DNA of 64,000 bases. Origin: Nemertoderma westbladi. Taxonomy: Eukaryota; Animalia; Xenacoelomorpha. Location of the stretch: the NCBI GenBank assembly GCA_032718475.1, contig JAUCBJ010002302.1, positions 1 through 64,000 of the forward strand, in the 5' to 3' direction. Position 1 is the stretch's first letter. Every line of letters begins with the position of its first letter. The notes below the pieces were generated by a model. The model ran no database searches. It saw nothing but the letters and a program-made list of their open reading frames with translations, and was not told the origin of the DNA. Position numbers and translations under genes: made by a program. Positions 23,491 to 35,000 of this stretch are shown here, in pieces.

Positions 23491-24099
23491 AAGTCAGGTG
23501 AATTTCTAATTACTTTCTTGGTCTAATTAATTTGATAATTTATATGGACAGTTGTTGTCACTTATGGGACATTGATTAAGTGCCGTATTGAAAATGAATT
23601 TAAATGAAGAGATTATTATATAAGAGAATATTATAGAATTATTGACAACATTATTTCATTTTTCAATTAAAACAAATCATAAAATTCTTCAAACAACTCA
23701 GTAAGAAATCAAATCCAGTTTATCGTCCTTCCCACTGCCAACTCCCGTCCCATTCCTAACTTCCATCCCATACTCAACTAATGTCCCAATCTCAACACCA
23801 TTTCCACAAATAATATAATAATAATATACAAAATTTGTAAAGCGCACTCTCTATAGTAACCTAAATTTATTATTGTTCAAATGCGCTCACGGCTGGATTC
23901 ATATGGCACATACCCACCCACATTATTCAATGTGTTTTTCTTTTTTTTTTGCACGCTGCAAGTGAGTTCTCGATGCGAAGACTGCGTGGTAAACTATTAT
24001 AAACTGTTAGAAAACACACGATGGTCTTGGTTCCCTTGTGCAGAGCGAGCCTGTGTAACTTAGTGGGCTAGTGGCCCTATGTTCAACCCGTTCAAGACC

Positions 24100-25500
24100 G
24101 TTACATTTCGTTATAATAACGGTACTGTAATAATAGGCTAGGTCTACCGCTACAGGGACAGCCTATAACTATAAGTATAATCTGATAATACAACGATATT
24201 TTAAGTTTTTAGGTGGTTTGGTCTGTCTATACTGTATTGAGTTGTTCGTTACTGCTGTACTGGTACAATATCTCACTATCTGCATCACAGTATCAGGCAG
24301 GCATGACAGCGCCGGCCAGGGCCAGATAACCAAATACTGTCCAAATACGGTACTGTCTGACCGTACTGCCGTTACGCATACATTACAACATTACGGATTA
24401 ACTACTAACTGACTAACTAGTGGCTCTGGCTGACTCGTGGATACGGGGTGATCAGGTGATTTGTTACTGAGTCCGAGTGAGTGAGTAGGCCTACCCAGCT
24501 ACCGGTATCTAACTAAACAACCTAACTGACACTGACTGACACTGGGCCCACCAGCCCACTGCAGCACTGCCCACGCAACAATGGGTGACAACGGATCACC
24601 TGAAGATCCATCCTTATCCTCGGATTCTCGACTCGGATTATCAATATCGGAACATGAAGTTTCAGAACAGTTGGGGACAGATTCTCGGTGAGTTCAGGTC
24701 CAGCCAGAAGTCTGCCTAGCTGTCTAGAGTCTAGCACATTTCAGCATTTAAATTAACAGATTAACGATATCATAACTGCATAGGCTAATAGGCTATGATT
24801 TTGTTTAGAAATGGGAAAAAAAGAGGAAACATGTCACTGGCCACAACGGGGTTGGGTCAGAATTCATCATGGCATGGGGTTGAATCACTGAACCAGCGCA
24901 AACTGCTATCAGGCTATACCTGTCAGCCTGTATCTGGTATCAGGCCTGTATACAGTCAGACAGTCAGACAGACTGACAGTGTACTGTACAGGTATATAGG
25001 CTACTGATATAGCTGTCTGTCCTCTGTAGGCTGAAAGCAGGATAGGCCTACACGCGTTTCATTTTTCCAATTTATGAAGAAAGTCATACCGGTATCACAT
25101 CGTTGTAATATATCAGTATAGGCCTATGCAGTGCCAATATTAGACACTGCTATGTACAGATGTACATATGTATGTATGTACTCGTACTGATATACCGGTA
25201 TGCGACCCATAGCCATAATACAGTAATATTAATATCGTCAAAATTGCAAAATAACAGCTGACGAGAATCCCCATTGCCATTACTATCCACTACAGAATTC
25301 ATATATCACTTTTGGGAACTTTCCAACTCCTCATAAAAACTCATTACACCTAATTATATAATAATGAAGTAGCCATACCCTTATCTATCATAATTGTTTA
25401 CAAACAACCAACCATTGCCCAATCAGCCAATATGAATGCGTGTATTAAGATTAAGTAGGCCTATATTAATTAGGCCTAAATATCAATATCGAAACTCCAA
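24100..25500 (+). promoter_or_regulatory. Probable promoter / 5' UTR exon region of the centrosomin-family gene
   Basis: Less AT-rich and CpG-containing, a strong donor CTCG|GTGAGT at about 24688, and clustered TAGGCCTA/TACCGGTA palindromes as seen upstream of RNF146. Inference. Confidence 0.4.
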
Positions 25501-25796
25501 AGTCCCAAGCCAAGCATACACCCCCCCCCCCCCCCTCCCGCCTCTGCAACCTGCTCCTTTCCCACAATTGGAAAAGTGGCCTTTTATTGTTTTGGTTAGA
25601 AAAGCCTGCCTCTGCAGATATGTAACATGCTCCTTTCCCTCAAAAAATGATGAAATCAATTTGCATGCCTTGGATTGTTTAATACTCGTACCACGGTATT
25701 TCTATTATTATTCCCAGATTATGCTGTTATGTATAATAAAAATATTGATTGAGAAAACCATGTTTATCTAAAGTCTTTACAATTTTTGAGAAAATT

Positions 25797-26040
25797 TTTC
25801 CCGTCTTTTTTCCTGCTATTTCCCCGAGGAGACCGGGAAATTTGAGAAAAATATCAGAGTCTTTTCATACATAGCGGTACGATGCAGTACTGCTGTACTG
25901 GCTGACTGGTAATGAATATTCAAAAAAAATTTTGAATAGGGCCTAGGCTAAAGAATGTGAAAAAAATTTCCCGTATTTTTTCCCGGTATTTTCCCGAGGA
26001 AACCGGGAAATTTGAGAAATATATCAGAGTCTTTTCATAT
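25797..26040 (+). repeat. About 73-bp direct duplication
   Basis: TTTCCCGT.TTTTTTCC.G.TATTT.CCCGAGGA.ACCGGGAAATTTGAGAAA.ATATCAGAGTCTTTTCATA at about 25797 and 25967. Confidence 0.8.
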
Positions 26041-26061
26041 ATAGACAATGCAGAAGTGAAT

Positions 26062-29000
26062 ATGAGAAAAAAATTGTAAGTGTTTTCTCACCAGACAAGT
26101 GTTTTAGACACATGCGTTTTTTAGCGTTTCAGTGCCCCCCAAACCGGAAATTCCCTATAGTTTAGTTATATATAACACCTAACTGAACTAAACACTGTAG
26201 ACCGACATAAGCTTCAAGGTACCAATGTACTATTTTGTGATTTTGAAATAATTACCAAACAAACAACGCGTACACATTCCCCACCCCAAGCTGTATGCAC
26301 TATGTTCACCTCTATTTACCCACAGGGATCGGGTTGCCGCTGATACGGCGGTAGCATTATGGGACGCGGCCGACCATTTAACCGGAGTTACGGACAAGAC
26401 ACGACGAAACGAGAAACTCGCTACACCGGGAATATATAACGTCTCTACCGGCCACGTATCCCCCTTTATGCCTCGTCCTATGAAAGAATACGAAAAGGTT
26501 ATTAATGTTCTATAAAACGTGTTATTTATGTATTCTCCATTATTATGTGTCTTTATCTTACCCTTACCCTTACCACTCTTACCCGTAACTAAAACCTTCT
26601 TAATCCTTCTAATGAAAAGTTAATCTACTGGTGAGACGAGACAGGGGGGGGGGGGGGGGGGACTCGACGTAAAACCCGCCTTGGCGAATTAATATCCCGC
26701 CTCAATGTTAAATTCTCAATTTAGGGAAAGGAGCAGGTTACAGTGGCATGTTATTTTAACCAAAACAATAAACTAAACACAATAGAACAGGTTACAGTTT
26801 TATTTTTGAGAGTAATAAACTGTTATTTGCGTCCAGTTCCCCCCCCCCCCCCCCCCCCCCCCTATCTGCTACTGGTAGAATTAAATTAAATTTTTAGATG
26901 AGAGAACTATTGAATCAATTTACTTGATTAATTATTTTATGTATGCCCTAGAGTTACCAGGCTGTTATCAGCTCATTGTATCAGCATCATTGTATTAGTA
27001 ATTAGCAATGTATCATTGTATTTAAAACAAGTTGTATTTTTAATTATATTATTGGTACGTATTATTGGCCTCTGTCTCTGTACTTATACAGGCAAACTGT
27101 TGACATTCTACTAAACCGTATAATATTATGGTTTTTACGAAATATTTTTAATTACTGTCCATTAGTGATTCATATTATAAGACTTGGGAAGTTCCATCGA
27201 CCATATTAAACTACTACAGTTGTCATTAGTTGTGGTTTCATTAAAGTTACAATAATTGTTATTGAATAAATATGCCATAACGAAATACCGATCGTGTTTA
27301 AGGTAACCGGAGCAGTGGACTGATAGTGATATTTGATATTTACTTTAACACAGTCATGTACTATACAAATATACAATACCACCTCGAGAGACTAAGACAA
27401 AACAAACAAAATATACATTGTGGATTCTTGGGGGATTACAATAAATTAGATTACACTCCACGCGTATATGAAACTTATCGTATCACAAACGCAATTAGGA
27501 GCTAATCTGAATATTATTGTGTTCAGTTTCAATTTCATCAAAGTATCAGCTATTAGCTATATAGTTTTAATGTCTTCATTACATTATATTCCCCTGTAGA
27601 TGATTGACAGTCTGAAAGCCGACAATTTTAACCTGAGATGTCGGGTTTTCTACGCCGAGGAGTCGGGAAAGGGCACCAAGCCATGTGCGGATAGCGTCCG
27701 CGAGCTCAATATAACCCTGAAGGTCTCCAACGATTCATTGAAACAGGAAGTAGAGACATTGAAGGGGGATGTTAAGAGGAAACAAGAGTTAATAGAGCAG
27801 GCGAAGTAAGTAGGTGGTACCTGGTGGATGAAACAAGAGTTAATAGAGCAGGCGAAGTAAGTAGGTGGTACCTGGTGGATGAAACAAGAGTTAATAGAGC
27901 AGGCGAAGTAAGTAGGTGGTACCTGGTGGATGAAACAAGAGTTAATAGAGCAGGCGAAGTAAGTAGGTGGTACCTGGTGGATGAAACAAGAGTTAATAGA
28001 GCAGGCGAAGTAAGTAGGTGGTACCTGGTGGATGAAACAAGAGTTAATAGAGCAGGCGAAGTAAGTAGGTGGTACCTGGTGGATGAAACAAGAGTTAATA
28101 GAGCAGGCGAAGTAAGTAGGTGGTACCTGGTGGATGAAACAAGAGTTAATAGAGCAGGCGAAGTAAGTAGGTGGTACCTGGTGGAGGAAACAAGAGTTAA
28201 TAGAGCAGGCGAAGTAAGTAGGTGGTACCTGGTGGATGAAACAAGAGTTAATAGAGCAGGCGAAGTAAGTAGGTGGTACCTGGTGGATGAAACAAGAGTT
28301 AATAGAGCAGGCGAAGTAAGTAGGTGGTACCTGGTGGATGAAACAAGAGTTAATAGAGCAGGCGAAGTAAGTAGGTGGTACCTGGTGGATGAAGCAAGAG
28401 TTAATAGAGCAGGCGAAGTAAGTAGGTGGTACCTGGTGGATGAAACAAGAGTTAATAGAGCAGGCGAAGTAAGTAGGTGGTACCTGGTGGATGAAACAAG
28501 AGTTAATAGAGCAGGCGAAGTAAGTAGGTGGTACCTGGTGGATGAAACAAGAGTTAATAGAGCAGGCGAAGTAAGTAGGTGGTACCTGGTGGATGAAACA
28601 AGAGTTAATAGAGCAGGCGAAGTAAGTAGGTGGTACCTGGTGGATGAAGCAAGAGTTAATAGAGCAGGCGAAGTAAGTAGGTGGTACCTGGTGGATGAAA
28701 CAAGAGTTAATAGAGCAGGCGAAGTAAGTAGGTGGTACCTGGTGGATGAAACAAGAGTTAATAGAGCAGGCGAAGTAAGTAGGTGGTACCTGGTGGATGA
28801 AACAAGAGTTAATAGAGCAGGCGAAGTAAGTAGGTGGTACCTGGTGGATGAAACAAGAGTTAATAGAGCAGGCGAAGTAAGTAGGTGGTACCTGGTGGAT
28901 GAAACAAGAGTTAATAGAGCAGGCGAAGTAAGTAGGTGGTACCTGGTGGATGAAACAAGAGTTAATAGAGCAGGCGAAGTAAGTAGGTGGTACCTGGTGG

Positions 29001-32000
29001 ATGAAACAAGAGTTAATAGAGCAGGCGAAGTAAGTAGGTGGTACCTGGTGGATGAAACAAGAGTTAATAGAGCAGGCGAAGTAAGTAGGTGGTACCTGGT
29101 GGATGAAACAAGAGTTAATAGAGCAGGCGAAGTAAGTAGGTGGTACCTGGTGGATGAAACAAGAGTTAATAGAGCAGGCGAAGTAAGTAGGTGGTACCTG
29201 GTGGATGAAACAAGAGTTAATAGAGCAGGCGAAGTAAGTAGGTGGTACCTGGTGGATGAAACAAGAGTTAATAGAGCAGGCGAAGTAAGTAGGTGGTACC
29301 TGGTGGATGAAACAAGAGTTAATAGAGCAGGCGAAGTAAGTAGGTGGTACCTGGTGGATGAAACAAGAGTTAATAGAGCAGGCGAAGTAAGTAGGTGGTA
29401 CCTGGTGGATGAAACAAGAGTTAATAGAGCAGGCGAAGTAAGTAGGTGGTACCTGGTGGATGAAACAAGAGTTAATAGAGCAGGCGAAGTAAGTAGGTGG
29501 TACCTGGTGGATGAAACAAGAGTTAATAGAGCAGGCGAAGTAAGTAGGTGGTACCTGGTGGATGAAACAAGAGTTAATAGAGCAGGCGAAGTAAGTAGGT
29601 GGTACCTGGTGGATGAAACAAGAGTTAATAGAGCAGGCGAAGTAAGTAGGTGGTACCTGGTGGATGAAACAAGAGTTAATAGAGCAGGCGAAGTAAGTAG
29701 GTGGTACCTGGTGGATGAAACAAGAGTTAATAGAGCAGGCGAAGTAAGTAGGTGGTACCTGGTGGATGAAACAAGAGTTAATAGAGCAGGCGAAGTAAGT
29801 AGGTGGTACCTGGTGGATGAAACAAGAGTTAATAGAGCAGGCGAAGTAAGTAGGTGGTACCTGGTGGATGAAACAAGAGTTAATAGAGCAGGCGAAGTAA
29901 GTAGGTGGTACCTGGTGGATGAAACAAGAGTTAATAGAGCAGGCGAAGTAAGTAGGTGGTACCTGGTGGATGAAACAAGAGTTAATAGAGCAGGCGAAGT
30001 AAGTAGGTGGTACCTGGTGGATGAAACAAGAGTTAATAGAGCAGGCGAAGTAAGTAGGTGGTACCTGGTGGATGAAACAAGAGTTAATAGAGCAGGCGAA
30101 GTAAGTAGGTGGTACCTGGTGGATGAAACAAGAGTTAATAGAGCAGGCGAAGTAAGTAGGTGGTACCTGGTGGATGAAACAAGAGTTAATAGAGCAGGCG
30201 AAGTAAGTAGGTGGTACCTGGTGGATGAAACAAGAGTTAATAGAGCAGGCGAAGTAAGTAGGTGGTACCTGGTGGATGAAACAAGAGTTAATAGAGCAGG
30301 CGAAGTAAGTAGGTGGTACCTGGTGGATGAAACAAGAGTTAATAGAGCAGGCGAAGTAAGTAGGTGGTACCTGGTGGATGAAACAAGAGTTAATAGAGCA
30401 GGCGAAGTAAGTAGGTGGTACCTGGTGGATGAAACAAGAGTTAATAGAGCAGGCGAAGTAAGTAGGTGGTACCTGGTGGATGAAACAAGAGTTAATAGAG
30501 CAGGCGAAGTAAGTAGGTGGTACCTGGTGGATGAAACAAGAGTTAATAGAGCAGGCGAAGTAAGTAGGTGGTACCTGGTGGATGAAACAAGAGTTAATAG
30601 AGCAGGCGAAGTAAGTAGGTGGTACCTGGTGGATGAAACAAGAGTTAATAGAGCAGGCGAAGTAAGTAGGTGGTACCTGGTGGATGAAACAAGAGTTAAT
30701 AGAGCAGGCGAAGTAAGTAGGTGGTACCTGGTGGATGAAACAAGAGTTAATAGAGCAGGCGAAGTAAGGTGGCGGTGGCACCTACCTAGTGTAAATGTAC
30801 TGACAGTACTAACAGTAGAAACACCAGTTAGATGTTTATTAATTAGTTCATTTGCTGTATAGGACCGTCTGAACGTAACTAACTGGTTACTTTATTTACT
30901 TACAGGGCAACTATCGACAGTCTCAACGTAACTGGCGACTTCGACAACGTCGAACGCAGCAGACGACTGACCCAACTCCAGTCCACATTGCGGGATTGTT
31001 TGAAAGATAAGAGTCGATTAGTAGACCAGGTTGGTAAACTTAAATAATTGTATTTTAATTAAATTAATATTTTTGTAGTATTGCAATATTTAGTATTAAT
31101 TTTGTAATATTTACTAATTTACATTTTACTTCCCCTTTTTACTTTATTTAATGATTCGATTTCGTCTTATTTACCTCATGTATTGAACTCATCCTCTATA
31201 GTTAAACGGCGTATTGAGAGAGAAATCCTTGATGGAAGTCGAGCTGCGGGATTTACGTCAATTCCAGTTGCGTCATCGCCACGCGGCAGCCAGTGGCGCA
31301 GGCGGCGGTGGTGGCGTGGTGCGAGAGAGACGCCACTCGGGTGACGTGAGTCTGTTGGACCGGCATCGCGGGAGATCGCCCGACGAAGATTTCTGGGGTT
31401 CGGGATTAGCGGGGGTCTATCTGGTGTCGGAGAGTCGCTCGGTTGGCGTCCAGGTGGAGGATTCATCGTCTAGCGAACTGGTGGGTCGTCGCTAATACTC
31501 TACGGTAGTTACCAACATCGCTTATTATTATTTGATGATGTCAACCCGGTTGATCAGCTCTGTTATTTTAAAACGATTTTTTTTCTCAGCTCGCTGACAA
31601 ACTTAATAATGATCTCGAGGAATGTCGTCGACAGTTGATTGTCGCTCAAACCTCTCTAAATGAAGCGGCAGTAACGAATCAACTCCAGCTCGCCGGTCTG
31701 GTAGAGGAAGTTAGGGTGAAGGATGTTGATCTAGCCAAGGAGAAGAAGTTCGCTTTGAGTAGGGATAAAACAATACAAGGATTAGTTGATGAGGTGAAGA
31801 TAAGAGATAGAAGCATTAAAGATATACAACTGGAGATGGGCAACTTGTACAAGGTATTCAATTAATAAGATAATTCAACTATTTCATCGAATTGTTATTT
31901 TAACTTTATTATTTTATAGCCTATTAATCACTCTACTACTACAGTATAATATTACCATGGTAGCTGTATTTACGCTCAATATCCATAAAATATAGACATT

Positions 32001-35000
32001 AAATGTTAATATAAACGCGTTTATTCGGGTAAACGTAGAGGTGGAGAATAATTACGGTACTGTAATCGTCTCATAACGTCAACCATTACAACACAATAAT
32101 ATTACAGATTCTAATGGGGTACGCCATCAAGCGGAATGAGAACGAAGTCATTAACCTGTACCACTCAGAACAATCTCCCGACAAAGAGAACATTGAGAAT
32201 GCCGCTGTTAATCCTGTAGATGGCGCTGTGCAAAATAGGCGCAATCGCAGAGGTTCTAAAGGGAAACCCCAGATTAGTGCTACAGGTGGGTTGTTGTATA
32301 GAGGTCAGAGGGGTGGAGTGGGGGGGGGTGAAATGTTTTTGGTACAGTCTGATTTCACCGGTTCCTGTCATCCGAAAGATGCAGTCTACCATCCAAAGTA
32401 TATGTGCCGCTATAACTCGTCAAACTGTCAAATCTTAGGGGCCGACGTTCATCTTATAGTCAACTTGCTGGCTCTCTAGTATTATTGTAATTCTATCTTT
32501 ATCTCAGACTAAATAGCTTTTATACAGGGAGTCAATAGGCCTTTGCATGAACCCACAATGTGGAATATGTGATTAGTCATGGTGTACTGTACGTACATAT
32601 GTTTGTCTGTCTGTCTGGCTCTATGTTTGAACGTCTAAAGCTCAGCCAAGTGCTCAGATTATGGATCTCTGGATCTGTGGACCCATTTAACAATCTGGTT
32701 ATGGTTATTATAAACCCATTGACTATTACTGGATCCGCGTATCCTACTGGGATCCGTCATTACTTGTATAAGAACTTCATTAAAGTTGAACCAAATTATG
32801 TTTCATTTAAGAGTTCTCATTATCTCTTCTCAGACTTGGTAAATACCTTGATAAAGGACCTCGCTGCTTGTGAAGGCGACAAGTACATTCTCAATGATAA
32901 GAATAATAAGTTGCTTGGCGACGTCGATGAACTTCATCTCGTTATAGAGCAGAGGGAACGGGAGTTGGACAGACTCAAAGAAGATAATTCTAGACTGGGG
33001 GCTGGGTTCAATGAACTCCAGGCACAACTAGAGAGACAGGAGAGTGAAGTAGTGTCGTTGAGAGCTGCAATAGAGGAAACAGACACCCGGAATCGCGTTG
33101 GTAAGTACAAAACAAAGGAAAGCTTAACCGATAATTCCAGATAAGGTAGATCAGGGCTTTACTGTAGGTAACATTCTGGTTACCACGGGATAAATAATCT
33201 TTATAGATTAATGAAAGTATTTGATGGTAAGAGGCGAGCTACGAAGAAGATCAGTCATTGAAGTTTCAGGTTTTTGATGGAATTAACAATTAAACCGAAC
33301 TTAGTACTCATGGTAGTCTATTATAGTTGAACCCTGATTGGCCCGTGTTATTTATACTACATTCAGTAAACTAATTGGCTCAGTCGCAGGGCCAATAACG
33401 ACCATGAGTGACCCGGAATCCCGTACTCATAATTTTCGATATACTTCTGTGATACTGTCACCCCAGGGCTGAACTGACTTTTTGTTGAAAATATTTCCCT
33501 AGACATTTTAACTTTGCTTATAAGAAAAATTTAATTAAAAAAATGACGATGTCCGGGTTCAGAATCGTCTTGGCAGAGTTCCGGACATGCCTGATCCCAA
33601 ACCGGACACATGCCTCTTCAGTCTAAACAATTTAACAATAGGACATCGACCGTTTTTCAATATTTTTTGTTTGTTTTACTCAGATGAATAATAGTACGTT
33701 AAAATATAGTTTCAGAAATTTCGGGGGGTTTATTTACTGTCCGGTTGTATAACTGAGTCGGAAACCGGACAGTCGGGAAATGAGGCCGGACGATTCTGAA
33801 ACCGGACATCGTCATTTTTTTTAATTAAAATTTTCTAATAAGCAAAGCGGAATGGAGTTCAAAAAACATGTTAAAATGTCTATGGAAATATTTTCGACTA
33901 AAAGTCAGTTCAGCCCTGGGGTGACTTGACTTGACAGTTTAATGCAATATATTCCAATTCCAGGGTTTTCTGTGACTTCCGTAGTAATTTTGTTTTAGTT
34001 TATTCGCAATAACTTGGCGGGATTTGTGCAAAGAATTTATTACGTCTGTCGATTGATTGATCGATTGCATCGATTGATCATTTTTTGAAATCACTAAATA
34101 TTAAGTTTATTACTTGTGTAAATAATTAATTAATGTTATTTCCAGAATATTATTATATTCTATATAATTATAATAATTGAATATTACTAAAAAAAATTTA
34201 CACTCTCCGCATAAATATACATATATATTCTAATAATCAATATTTTTCTACGACATTCCTCTCAGGTGAAACACTACCAACTCCCCCGTCAGTTACCTTC
34301 AACAAGGATCTTCTTTCTTCAACTAAGTTCCCAACTCCCCGTTACATAGATTCTCCACTTGAGGGCGCTGAACATAGATTGTTTGAGGATGCGATGGTTC
34401 AAACCGATGATAACAACAATTCAAATGATGTGTGTATGACGTCATTGTTAGGTGAGTTGAGTATAGTATGACGTCATTGTTGGGAGAGTTGAGTATAGTA
34501 TGACGTCATTGTTGGGTGAGTTGAGTATAGTATGACGTCATTGTTGGGTGAGTTGAGTATAGTATGACGTCATTGTTGGGTGAGTTGAGTATAGTATGAC
34601 GTCATTGTTGGGTGAGTTGAGTATAGTATGACGTCATTGTTGGGTGAGTTGAGTATAGTATGACGTCATTGTTGGGTGAGTTGAGTATAGTATGACGTCA
34701 TTGTTGGGAGAGTTGAGTATAGTATGACGTCATTGTTGGGTGAGTTGAGTATAGTATGACGTCATTGTTGGGTGAGTTGAGTATAGTATGACGTCATTGT
34801 TGGGTGAGTTGAGTATAGTATGACGTCATTGTTGGGTGAGTTGAGTATAGTATGACGTCATTGTTGGGGAGTTGAGTATAGTATGACGTCATTGTTGGGT
34901 GAGTTGAGTATAGTATGACGTCATTGTTGGGGAGTTGAGTATAGTATGACGTCATTGTTGGGTGAGTTGAGTATAGTATGACGTCATTGTTGGGTGAGTT

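Noticed and set aside
27650-30862. 1012-aa and 1043-aa ORFs on both strands
   Set aside because: Translations of a 51-bp array with no synonymous variation; the real coding frame stops in the first unit and the region is intronic.
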